Shown: positions 9,705 to 19,095 of the stretch, one piece after another | Layout of the letters: every line of letters starts with the position of its first letter | How positions within the stretch are numbered: the first letter of the stretch is position 1 | NCBI GenBank assembly: GCA_049513715.1 | Contig: JBEKVV010000002.1 | Span: 32,001 to 96,000, forward strand | DNA: 64,000 bases | Direction of reading: 5' to 3' | Source: Candidatus Bathyarchaeia archaeon | GTDB taxonomy: Archaea; Thermoproteota; Bathyarchaeia; 40CM-2-53-6 | The notes under the pieces: generated by a model | What the model saw: only the letters and a program-made list of their open reading frames with translations | The model's database searches: none | Told to the model about the DNA's origin: nothing | Program-made: the position numbers and the translations under genes

Positions 9705-10373
9705 TTGCAGCAGGCTCTCCCCGGTTTCAGGCTTAATGTCCCAAGCCTAGACACGCATATCTTCCCACCGGGAACCACTATCCTTCTAACGGGCAAACCG
9801 GGCATAGGTAAGTCCGTCTTTGCGGAGCAATTCCTCTGGGAGGGCCTACAGCAGGGCCAGCACGGAATCTACATCGTCACTGACACATCAGGCGACACGC
9901 TGAGAAAGAAAGCGGAATCCGCCGGGGGAAACGCTGGTCTAGAAGTGGTAAACCTCTTCATGGAAAAGCCACGCCTGATAAACGACATCTCAATCTCAAT
10001 TCACCAGGCAATTTCGAAATCCGAGGGCCAGCCAATCCGACTGGTCTTTGACTCCCTTTCCACGTTGGGCATGATGCTCAAACCGGACGTGCTCCCTCCA
10101 TGGGTACTCGACCAACGTGCTCGTCTCACAAAACACGGCTCGAACGTTCTGGCTTTGATGGTCTATGATGTTGGTATTCATCCGCCCCAAATAACTCGGA
10201 GTCTTCAGGTTCTCTCTGATGTAGTCCTTCAAATGAAGTTCGAGGAGCTCGCCAAAGAGCCGAATAGACTCTTTCGCGTTTTTAGTACGCGAGGTGCACC
10301 CCACAGCGCGCAATGGTACCCATTCACCATAGACGACGCCGGCCTCCGATTTACAGAACTCACTGCAAAGTGA
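9705..10373 (+). CDS. KaiC/RAD55-like RecA-superfamily ATPase
   Basis: Walker A GKPGIGKS, VFDSLS, SDVVL, RGAPHS...YPFTI. Confidence 0.85.
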   Translation: MQQALPGFRLNVPSLDTHIFPPGTTILLTGKPGIGKSVFAEQFLWEGLQQGQHGIYIVTDTSGDTLRKKAESAGGNAGLEVVNLFMEKPRLINDISISIHQAISKSEGQPIRLVFDSLSTLGMMLKPDVLPPWVLDQRARLTKHGSNVLALMVYDVGIHPPQITRSLQVLSDVVLQMKFEELAKEPNRLFRVFSTRGAPHSAQWYPFTIDDAGLRFTELTAK

Positions 10374-10462
10374 GCCCACGGCACGCATCGACATTTTGTC
10401 GTTACAGTCGCGAAGATTTCGTTAAGTTTTTAACCTAACCATGACACGGCACGCAAATTGCC

Positions 10463-11437
10463 ATGTCTACTAGCATCATGTTTAGTGGAAACGGGGAGCT
10501 GAACTCGCAGCGAGTCGCAGACCTGAGTTCCCAAGCCGAGATGAAAGGCTTCGACGGATTGTGGTTTGGGGAAACCACTCTTCGAGATGCATCGGTCACA
10601 GCCACCATTGCAGCCTGCGCCACCAAGAAGATTGCATTGGGTACCTCTATTGTGAACGTGTTCACAAGGTCTCCTAGCCAGCTAGCTTTGATGGGTGCTA
10701 CAATCAACGAGTATAGCGGTGGAAGGTTCACACTCGGCTTAGGCGTCAGCACCGCGGCAATTGTGGAAAGTTGGCACGGACAACCCTTCCAGGAACCCAT
10801 GGAGAGAATCGACGAAACCGTCAAACTCTTGCGCCAATACTTCTCGGGTGAAAGGTTCAGCCATCAGGGTGCGTTCTCGTCCCCCGTGAACGCTCGGCTG
10901 AGAACTAAACCTGCGCCGAAGATCGCGCTGGCGGCTCTGAACGACCAGATGATCAAGAAGGCCGCCTTCCTAGCAGACAGGGTCATTCTGAACCTATACC
11001 CACCTGCAAGGATCAAACATGCAATTGCACTTCTTGAGAAAGGTTGGAAGGAAAGCGGGAGACAAGATCGTCCAATGCTCTCGGTTATGCTCTACTCGTA
11101 TGTCTTGGGCGACGATGAACGCGGCCTCGATGCTGCAAAGGAGCTAGTGAGCTTCTACGCCAGCGCCCCAGCTTATTCCAAACTCTTCGAGAGCTTGGGG
11201 TTTAGGTCGCAGGCGCAGGCTATGATTGAAGCTTGGAAAGCCAAGGACAAAGATTCCGTTAAGAAAATCGTCAGCCGAGAGATGATAGATCAAATGGTGC
11301 TCCTCGGAACGGTACAGGATCTGAGAGAACGTGTGAAGCTTTACCATGAGGCTGGTGTGGATGATGTGTTCATTTCACCTTCTCCATTCGGAGATTACCA
11401 GGCCAACATCCAAGAGGTCATACACCACTACTTCTAG
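10463..11437 (+). CDS. LLM-class (luciferase/Mer-like, possibly F420-dependent) oxidoreductase
   Basis: GFDGLWFGE, LGTSIVNVFTRSP, SGGRFTLGLG. Confidence 0.85.
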   Translation: MSTSIMFSGNGELNSQRVADLSSQAEMKGFDGLWFGETTLRDASVTATIAACATKKIALGTSIVNVFTRSPSQLALMGATINEYSGGRFTLGLGVSTAAIVESWHGQPFQEPMERIDETVKLLRQYFSGERFSHQGAFSSPVNARLRTKPAPKIALAALNDQMIKKAAFLADRVILNLYPPARIKHAIALLEKGWKESGRQDRPMLSVMLYSYVLGDDERGLDAAKELVSFYASAPAYSKLFESLGFRSQAQAMIEAWKAKDKDSVKKIVSREMIDQMVLLGTVQDLRERVKLYHEAGVDDVFISPSPFGDYQANIQEVIHHYF

Positions 11438-11602
11438 GCTTGGGAAATCACAGGCCTTCGCTCTGATTTCACCGTATTCAGGCTCCATCTTGAAGGTCCC
11501 TCATTTGGTGACTCATTGCGACAGGTAACTGTGTTCTTGTATCGAGTGGAAACGTAATCTGTTTTAAGGCCGGCAACTTGCCGCTTCCTTCGAGGATGCT
11601 GG

Positions 11603-12397
11603 TTGTCACAGGTTAAGAAGAAGACTGTACCTCAGGCTCTGCTACCTGCAAATCTGATCTTGCCACTGCGGATTTTTATGGGTGTCACATTCCTCTATGC
11701 TGGAATACAGCATCTGACCGACCCTTCCTACTTTGACCCTTCGAAACCAGGTTACATTGGGCATTTGATATCGCAGTACGCGGTTGGCTCACCAATTCAC
11801 GATTTCCTACTTGGCGTTGTTGCACCGAACGCCGTTACCTTCGGCTACGCTGTAGCCGTAGGGGAATCCTTGATTGGAGTAGCTGTTCTGCTTGGTTTTC
11901 TATTTAGAATCGCCGTGTTCTTCGGGCTCGTGTTGAACTTCACGTTCTTCCTCTCCGCAACTTGGAATGCCTTCCCATTTTATTTCGGGTCGGACATTGT
12001 GTTTGTTTTCGCTTGGCTCACGCTTTTGTTCACAGGCCCGCAAGCGCGACTCAGTTTAGATGGGGTCTTGGCGAGGCGGGTGAAGTCCATGCAATGGTTG
12101 GTCCCGCCTACGGTGCAGACAGGTATTGCTGCGGAGAGCGTGGTTGAAAGTCCAACCCCGACGAAGGTGCAAGTTCCAGTCCCAGAGAGAGCGAAACTCT
12201 ACCCCAAACAAGTGGCTGAAGTCAACAGAGCATTCGAAAGGATAGAGCAGCAGTTTGTTTCACATGAAGAAACCCAAACGATTCTGGAGTTCGTCCGAGC
12301 ATTTGTAATCAGCCTCGGAGTAGACCGAAACGAGGCGAACAAGATTCTGAGCGGTATCAATAATATCGTGAACAGAAGCGGATGGGACCAACCCTAA
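11603..12397 (+). CDS. DoxX/DoxD (TQO small subunit-like) membrane protein
   Basis: LPLRIFMGVTFLYAG, GESLIG, PFYFGSDIVF motifs. Confidence 0.8.
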   Translation: MSQVKKKTVPQALLPANLILPLRIFMGVTFLYAGIQHLTDPSYFDPSKPGYIGHLISQYAVGSPIHDFLLGVVAPNAVTFGYAVAVGESLIGVAVLLGFLFRIAVFFGLVLNFTFFLSATWNAFPFYFGSDIVFVFAWLTLLFTGPQARLSLDGVLARRVKSMQWLVPPTVQTGIAAESVVESPTPTKVQVPVPERAKLYPKQVAEVNRAFERIEQQFVSHEETQTILEFVRAFVISLGVDRNEANKILSGINNIVNRSGWDQP

Positions 12398-12418
12398 CAG
12401 TAGGCGAGGCTGTAGAGC

Positions 12419-13036
12419 ATGTCTGGACAATCCGAGAGCGAACAATTCTCGCAAGAACTCAGAAAGAAGTACGGACTTCGGGTCCCGGTTGAAGTCATAA
12501 CTTCCGTCTATTCTTCAAAACCTAAACTGCGGGTACTGCTGTCTCGGACATCGTTCAGGCAAGAAGCTGTCCACACACGTGAGCGGGCTCAGAGAGAGCG
12601 AAGAAACTTCTTGCGTAACCTAATGGGGCTTGCAGTTATCGCCGTACCGCTCTTGGTTTGGATGAAGATTGCTTCCACACCTCAACCCCAAGCACCGTCG
12701 TATGTCTTGAACCCCAGTGCAGCAGGGGGGAAAGTGTTGGCGAATGCCAGCAGCATCCCAGCCGGTCAATCGATTACGCTTGATGATCCTTCTTTTGGCC
12801 CCTTCCTCCTGATTCATTTGAGTAACGGACAATTTGTGGCCTATAGCGCGATCTGTACTCACGCTGGTTGCCAAGTTCAATTCGACCCTGGGACTCGTCA
12901 GATTGCGTGCCCATGCCATGGGGCAGTCTTCGACCCCAACAACTCAGCCGCGGTTATTGCCGGCCCAGCACCATCCCCGCTGCAAAGAATTCCGATCACA
13001 TATGACTCACAGACCGGTAACATCTACCTACAGTAG
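12419..13036 (+). CDS. Rieske [2Fe-2S] protein with Tat-like RRNFL and TM
   Basis: CTHAGC and CPCHGAVFD, GPAPSPL. Confidence 0.9.
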   Translation: MSGQSESEQFSQELRKKYGLRVPVEVITSVYSSKPKLRVLLSRTSFRQEAVHTRERAQRERRNFLRNLMGLAVIAVPLLVWMKIASTPQPQAPSYVLNPSAAGGKVLANASSIPAGQSITLDDPSFGPFLLIHLSNGQFVAYSAICTHAGCQVQFDPGTRQIACPCHGAVFDPNNSAAVIAGPAPSPLQRIPITYDSQTGNIYLQ

Positions 13037-13128
13037 CCATCCTTCCATCCACCAATATTCGCCAAATCCGTGACGCATAGGTAAGCTGTAAAAGGCGAGA
13101 ATCGCCAAAGGTTGTTGGCGAGAGATAC

Positions 13129-14560
13129 TTGCGTAAGCCAATCTACTTGATTATGATCCTCATCTGGTCTGTGATTGCACTGGTTGCGATTCCAGCGGGT
13201 TATTCATACTATTGCACAGTTCAGGTTGACAGCGTGGACCACCCAACTTCTGTCGGTCCGGGGCAGAGTTTTCAAGTGAACACTCATGTCACGGCGAGTT
13301 GCCCCGCACAGCTTCCAGACTTCACCTCAGTTCGGGTTGACGTCGTCGACGCCGCCTCGAACATGGCTCTTTCAACTGGTGAGTTCGCGAGCGGGTACTC
13401 TTTCGCCCATGGTGGTGGCGCGGCAAGTGGAGTAGTGACGAGTAACCTTAACGCTCCATCCCTGGCAGGGCCCTGGTCTCTGCTTGCAGAAGCATTGTTC
13501 TATCGAGGAAGTTACCTAATGTCAGCAGCACAGCAACCATTCACAATTCAAGTTGGCAGCGCACAACCACCTGAATCTCTCACAACCATCACGATTCTTC
13601 AAAATGGCGGGTTCGAAAATGGCACGGCTAACTGGCAATTGATGCAAGGAAGTTCGGGATACGATTCCATTTCCACATCCGTCATCCACTCAGGATCACG
13701 CGCGCTTGCGACGACGTTGGTTTCTCCTCCACCAGGTAGTAACTTGCTTGCGCCTACGGTCGTCGGCGTTTCTCAGACCGCGTCGGTATCAAACCTTCGC
13801 GGCCTCACAATTGATGCTTGGTACGTGACACAAATTCTTACGTCGCAAGCCGCCGCAAGAGTCAGAGTGAAAATCAATGACCTCACATTGAACTACTACG
13901 TTAAGTTCGGGCCGCTCACCTCAGCGACCTCCGGCGACACGGATACCACGAAATCCTTGTTCCTGTCAAACTGGGACTGCATCTCTTGGTGTGAGGTATC
14001 CCGAGATGTGGGCGCCGACTTCCGAACAATGTTCAGCGCGGCAGCGGTCGGTTCAATTTTCGGGTCAGGGCCAGCCACGGTAACGGTGGCTTTGGAGCTT
14101 CTCGGGTACGGCATCATTCCCACCAGCCAATTCATCTTTTGGGACGATGTACAATCCAATGCGCAAGTTCCCGGTCCAACATCCAACTCGCTGACCACTT
14201 TTGTCGTGGAACCCACAACCACCATAGCATCAACAACCACTAACGAAGTCATGATTTCGACAAGTCAAGAAACAGTAACGCAGAACACGGCTCTGACAAA
14301 TTCTCAGACAGGAACTGAAAATGTGACTACACCCCTTGCACAAAACGGCCTGCCTGCGCTTTCTAACTCAAGTGGCTTGCTCGTAGTGACGGTGGCTGCG
14401 ATTCTTATTGTTGCAGCAGTTGGTTACATGCTTACGTAAGAAAGCGCCGGCGCCCTCGAAGCCTGACGTGAAAGAGGGCAAACGGTACTGTTGGAACTGT
14501 GGGAGCGAACTACGGCAAAATGCAGGATTCTGCGGAACATGTGGATCCGAGCAACGTTGA
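13129..14560 (+). CDS. Secreted/membrane-anchored Ser/Thr-rich protein; C-terminal zinc ribbon is out of frame (frameshift near 14431)
   Basis: Signal peptide, NGGFE carbohydrate-binding-like domain, Thr-rich linker and TM. The ORF stops at 14439, but the +1 frame continues LRKKAP...YCWNCG...FCGTCGSEQR* to 14560. Confidence 0.7.
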
Positions 14561-14605
14561 CACAACCGTGGTTGATGATCCGAGACATCTTTTTAGCTCG
14601 GTAAC

Positions 14606-15079
14606 TTGGTCACCCCGTCACGCTCCGCGAATGTTGGTGAATTGTTGAGGCTCGTTGCGCTTTCAGCCATACTGGTAGGCGTCGTTGGTGCATCTTGGAG
14701 TTGGCACTTACTTCAGTGGTACATTTCCGCCAACGCTCTGACCGCCTGCATTCTCGGAACGCAGTGTCCAGAGGTGTTTCAGACATCATTTTCATATTTC
14801 TACGGGGTTCCAATTCACTTGCTCGCTGTGGCATGGTTCACCTTGCTAGCCTTGATTGCTGGAATCAGGGCATACGGCATCCAAAGCGCCTCAATCGTTG
14901 GCCTAGGTATCGGGGCTTTGTGCATCCCAGCGATAATATACCTAGACTACATTCAACTCGCGGTAATCCATGCCATTTGCTCAGACTGTGAACTGGCGCA
15001 TATACTGGGGCTGATTCTGTTCGCATTGTTCGTCGTCATCTACAGATCTGACAGAAGGAGCAAGAAGCACAAAACGTGA
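14606..15079 (+). CDS. Vitamin K epoxide reductase (VKOR) family protein
   Basis: Loop cysteines (C..C..VFQTSFSYFYGVP) and C-terminal ICSDC...H. Confidence 0.82.
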   Translation: MVTPSRSANVGELLRLVALSAILVGVVGASWSWHLLQWYISANALTACILGTQCPEVFQTSFSYFYGVPIHLLAVAWFTLLALIAGIRAYGIQSASIVGLGIGALCIPAIIYLDYIQLAVIHAICSDCELAHILGLILFALFVVIYRSDRRSKKHKT

Positions 15080-15165
15080 GAACTCACGTGAGGATTTCCC
15101 TGTTGCAGTGAATTACTCTCCGAAATGGTCTCATGCGGCGATTAGGCAAAGTTTAAGCGTTTGTT

Positions 15166-15816
15166 TTGGTTGCTCGTAATTTCCGTGTGAGCACATTGAG
15201 TTCCAAGAAAGCCAACAAGATTCCCGCTCCGAAAAAGGGTCACGGACTCAGCAAGGGCGAGAAGGTCGCCATTCCCATCATAATCATAATTGCAATCTGG
15301 GCCGTTTGGTCATTCAGCCAACCTGCACCAGCGGCGACTAGCCTTTCGGTTACGTACTCCTCTACGCCTTCTTTGACTCAATCGGGTGGTGCCCCCGACT
15401 TTACTCTGCCTGTGGTTGGATCCAATGGGTTGACTGGGCAGACAGTCACATTGTCCTCGTTTCGAGGCAAAGTCGTGTTGGTGGAGTTTATGGAACCTTG
15501 GTGCCCGCATTGCCAAAACATGGCCCCAGTCCTGGGCAGCATCTATGCCCAATATGGAGCCAACGTGACTTTCATTACAGTAGCGGGGCCCTGGAACGGC
15601 GCGACGGCAGGCGACGCCGCTAATTTCATCCACAATTACGGGACCAGCTGGGTATACGTCTACGACTCGTCAGGCAACGTGTTCAGCAACTATGGAGTGA
15701 ATTCAACACCAACTTTCTTCGTAATAGGAAAGGACGGGTCCATCGTTAGCAATTTCACAGGAGAACAAAGCGCTAGCACGCTATCTAGCGCTCTATCCGC
15801 CGCGATTAATACCTGA
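15166..15816 (+). CDS. Membrane-anchored TlpA/thioredoxin-like disulfide oxidoreductase
   Basis: APDFTL, GKVVLVEF, WCPHC, TPTFFVI. Confidence 0.88.
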   Translation: MVARNFRVSTLSSKKANKIPAPKKGHGLSKGEKVAIPIIIIIAIWAVWSFSQPAPAATSLSVTYSSTPSLTQSGGAPDFTLPVVGSNGLTGQTVTLSSFRGKVVLVEFMEPWCPHCQNMAPVLGSIYAQYGANVTFITVAGPWNGATAGDAANFIHNYGTSWVYVYDSSGNVFSNYGVNSTPTFFVIGKDGSIVSNFTGEQSASTLSSALSAAINT

Positions 15817-15894
15817 ACACTGGTACCTGTCACACGTATAGAAGAGCTAGAGCGTGTCCGCATTCAGCGTCGCGGTACAGCGCTTGCTAAACTG

Positions 15895-15950
15895 CACACA
15901 TTCTGTGACCACAATCCGTCCGTACGCGATGTGCTCTGGTCTTTAATTGG
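15895..15950. repeat. Dispersed intergenic repeat, copy 1 (copy 2 at 50293-50348)
   Basis: 48/56 nt identical and ungapped against copy 2; ends in CTTTAATTGG. Confidence 0.8.
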
Positions 15951-15983
15951 CTGATGACGAACCGCCATCGGAAGGTGTAACAT

Positions 15984-17240
15984 GTGAAAGCATGGTTCAG
16001 CGGGCGACTCTGGTCGCACCGTGACTTCAAGCGGCTCTGGTTCAGTGATACGGTCAGCCAGTTTGGCAACCAGTTTACAGGCCTCGCCCTTCCAATCCTT
16101 GCTGTGCTCTCCCTTAATGCCTCCGCCTTCGACCTAGGTTTACTCCTGGCACTCCAGACCATCCCCTTTCCAACTCTCGGTTTGTTCGTGGGCGTGTGGG
16201 CTGACCGACTGAGAAAGCGTCCGATTATGGTCACTTGTAACCTTGGCCGCATGGCAACTTTAGCATCGATCCCGATAGCTTACTTCTTGAACGCGTTGAC
16301 ACTCTACCAGCTGTTTGTCGTTGCGGCTGTGAACGGTATCTTCACAGTCTTCTTCGAAATAACCTACCAATCATACCTCCCCGTTCTGATAGATCGTGTT
16401 GATTTGGTGGAAGGTAACGCCAAGTTGCAAGCCAGTGCTTCTGGAGCGCAGGTTGTTGGTCCAGGCATAGCTGGGATCGTGTACCAGTTCATAGGCGGCG
16501 CTCTCACAATTGCAGTGGACGCCGCAGGCTATCTCGCTTCAGCTTTGGCATTGTTTTCGATTAGGAAGAACGAACAAAAGCCTATCGTGGATGCTCAGCC
16601 GAATCACAAATCCGGCTTCTTTGTTGAGATGAAGGAGGGAGTGGGGATCGTATTCCGCCACTCACTCCTCTGGAGGTTGATGAGTTGTACTGCCACCGCA
16701 AACTTCGGGGGCGCAATAGGCGGTGCCGTTTTCGTAATCTTCTTGCTGAATATGCTGAAGTTCTCGCCTGCCCTAATCGGCATTGTCGGAACCGTAGGGG
16801 CAGTCGGCTTCTTCTTGGGAACAATCTTCAGCCCTAACATAACAAAGCGCATTGGGCTAGGTCCATCAATCGCCCTTTCAATCGTCGTTTCAGTCGTCAA
16901 TGTGCTTTCACCGCTTGCGCTTTACGGCGCGGCGTTTCCAATAATCGCAGGAATCGGCTTCGTAACTGGCTTGGCGTTGCCAGTTTACAACATTAACCAG
17001 GTAAGCCTACGTCAGACAATAGTCCCGGATAGGTTGCAGGGTAGAATGAACGCGACATTTCGAACAGTAAATTGGGGCACCCTGCCGGCCGGCTCAATCA
17101 TAGGAGGATTACTCGGCACGTACCTTGGCATTGTTCCTACCATCTTGATTGGCGGAGCCATAGCTGGCCTAGCTGTGTTGTGGGTAATCGCAGGGGAAGT
17201 AATAGGGCTGAAGGAGATACCCAAAATCGAGCTGACCTGA
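15984..17240 (+). CDS. MFS transporter
   Basis: GVWADRLRKR motif A, about 12 TM, LQGRMNA. Confidence 0.9.
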   Translation: MKAWFSGRLWSHRDFKRLWFSDTVSQFGNQFTGLALPILAVLSLNASAFDLGLLLALQTIPFPTLGLFVGVWADRLRKRPIMVTCNLGRMATLASIPIAYFLNALTLYQLFVVAAVNGIFTVFFEITYQSYLPVLIDRVDLVEGNAKLQASASGAQVVGPGIAGIVYQFIGGALTIAVDAAGYLASALALFSIRKNEQKPIVDAQPNHKSGFFVEMKEGVGIVFRHSLLWRLMSCTATANFGGAIGGAVFVIFLLNMLKFSPALIGIVGTVGAVGFFLGTIFSPNITKRIGLGPSIALSIVVSVVNVLSPLALYGAAFPIIAGIGFVTGLALPVYNINQVSLRQTIVPDRLQGRMNATFRTVNWGTLPAGSIIGGLLGTYLGIVPTILIGGAIAGLAVLWVIAGEVIGLKEIPKIELT

Positions 17241-17548
17241 GTCAGGTGAAACTTACCTGCCCTCATATGAGTCAGCTAGTGCAGCATCAGTATTGATGAA
17301 ACCAGCACTGTGGAGGGGGTCCCGCTAAGGTGAATGTCGACCTTGGCAGCACCCTGTCCCACAAGCTGGCCCAGATAATCTCCATACAACATCAGATCAA
17401 ATTCGCCAGCCAAAATAACCTGCAACAGCGATGAAATCAGCAGAAAGTGTGAGAGCGTGGTCGTTGTTGATCGCATCCGGTAAAGAGAGTCATTACGGTT
17501 GGTTCGAAAGGCACAAATCCGATTCCCACAATTGAAGTTCCGATTCCT

Positions 17549-17950
17549 ATGAACAGCGATCACGAGATTCTGGAGGAATTAAGGAAGATACGTGAGGCAA
17601 TGACACCGAAGTCTCCTCCACCTCCTGCGAAGCCGAAAGGCATCTGGGCAGAGTTTATGGATTTTATTGGGAAAGCTGGCGTCATAGGGTTGGCTGTTGG
17701 CTTCATTATGGGCACGTACATTGGGAAAGTAGTTTCAGCGCTCGTTCAGGACATCATTATGCCCATTCCCGGTGCCCTGATACCTGGGGGCGATTGGAGG
17801 AAAGCGGTTGTCAGTTTGCCCATAGGCCAAGGCATGAATTTCGCAGTAGGAGACTTTGTCGGCGTGATCATTGATTTTCTGATAGTAGTAGTTGTGGTCT
17901 TCTTCATAGCCAAGTATGCTGGAAAAACCATTGAAAAAGCGAAGCCGTGA
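17549..17950 (+). CDS. mscL: Large-conductance mechanosensitive channel family protein
   Basis: EFMDFI...VIGLAVGFIMG...VSALVQDIIMP...GDF...IIDFLIV. Confidence 0.85.
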   Translation: MNSDHEILEELRKIREAMTPKSPPPPAKPKGIWAEFMDFIGKAGVIGLAVGFIMGTYIGKVVSALVQDIIMPIPGALIPGGDWRKAVVSLPIGQGMNFAVGDFVGVIIDFLIVVVVVFFIAKYAGKTIEKAKP

Positions 17951-18165
17951 AAAACGCCGGCAATAGGCGAAGGAAAGAAAAAGAAGAGATAGTCGACTCC
18001 GATTTCAAGTCTGTAAGCCAATTGCAACAGCCTTACGCCAGTCATCTTCGCCGCTCTTCTAGCGGACGCAGTCCTGACGGTTGCAGTACTTGTGAAGTCA
18101 AAATGCAGGACTCAATCAAGCCCTCTCTAACCGGGAGGCCTACAGACGATTTTGGGACCGAACTC

Positions 18166-18564
18166 CTACCATGTTCTTGTGAGACCTCTAACTTTGTCAA
18201 ATGCTCTGTCTGTGGATACAACCGACCCATCCAATTGCATGGCCTCGGCCGCAATGCCTGCGTCGAAATACTCAAGGTCTGTTTCTTCCTCGAGTCTTGA
18301 CGTCATGTAGAAAGTGGAAGGACTGAGTTTCGCGACTTTTCGGTCTATAAGGGGATAGTCTCGTAGGAGTAAGGCATATTTCTCCATTCTCTCCTCGAAT
18401 GTGAAGCCTCTACTCTTCAAAGTGATATCGAATTCGAAGAGTGCGAAGGCGCCCAAGTAAACTTCTTGTTCACCCACTAGCTGCAGATGCTTCTTAGCGC
18501 GCTCATGGTGTTTATCGTTCGAATCTGCGGTAGCGAAGAGAACAACCGTATCCAGAACGGGCAA
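18166..18564 (-). CDS. vapC: PIN-domain (VapC-like) toxin
   Basis: VLDT, YFDAGIAA, VSTDRAFD. Confidence 0.88.
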   Translation of the reverse strand: MPVLDTVVLFATADSNDKHHERAKKHLQLVGEQEVYLGAFALFEFDITLKSRGFTFEERMEKYALLLRDYPLIDRKVAKLSPSTFYMTSRLEEETDLEYFDAGIAAEAMQLDGSVVSTDRAFDKVRGLTRTW

Positions 18565-18789
18565 CTAGTTTTTCCTTCGGAATATGAAGCGTGACGCTTC
18601 ATGTCGTTCTTCCTTAAACTCAAATCCTGTTAGGCTAGCCGTGAATTTGCGGTCACCTAGTGCTACTAGGATCACGCCCCCTTTGAAGGGAATAGCGACA
18701 AGTCTATCTCCCTTGTTGATGCCTGCGACTTTTCGTGTCTTCTTGTCGAGAACGACTCTACACTTGTCGTCCAGTGCGACTTCGCCCAA
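18565..18789 (-). CDS. AbrB/MazE-like antitoxin
   Basis: LDDKCRVVL..TR..AGINKGD; directly upstream of the PIN gene. Confidence 0.8.
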   Translation of the reverse strand: MGEVALDDKCRVVLDKKTRKVAGINKGDRLVAIPFKGGVILVALGDRKFTASLTGFEFKEERHEASRFIFRRKN

Positions 18790-18906
18790 GCGTCATCTAG
18801 TTTAGAGGTTTGCTGTCCCACATATTAGGCATATTTCCCACCATGGTGAAGAACAATCTACATAATTGCAGATTGCAAAGAAACCGCAAGGCAAACCAAA
18901 AAGGGT

Positions 18907-19060
18907 TGGCGCCGGGGGGTGGGATTTGAACCCCCTCAGTTCCTGTGCGGGGCTGGATGAACACCCGATGTTCGTTGTCTTCGACAGCACCGTCCCTGGA
19001 CAATCAGGTTCACCTGCTAAGCTACGGCAATCACGCACTAAACTCTTAGGTTCAAATCTG
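18907..19060 (-). repeat. att-like site R1: tRNA-Ser 3' end plus conserved element
   Basis: TGGCGCCGGGGGGTGGGATTTGAACCC (one extra G relative to the tRNA), then GGCTGGATGAACACCCGATGTT...GGACAAT...GCACTAAAC. Confidence 0.85.
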
Positions 19061-19095
19061 CCCGACTGAGACGACAAACACGAAAACGGATGAAA

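Noticed and set aside
17276..17563. Minus-strand ORF between the MFS gene and mscL
   Set aside because: It is partly hydrophobic but has no recognisable family; I cannot tell it from a remnant or chance ORF.
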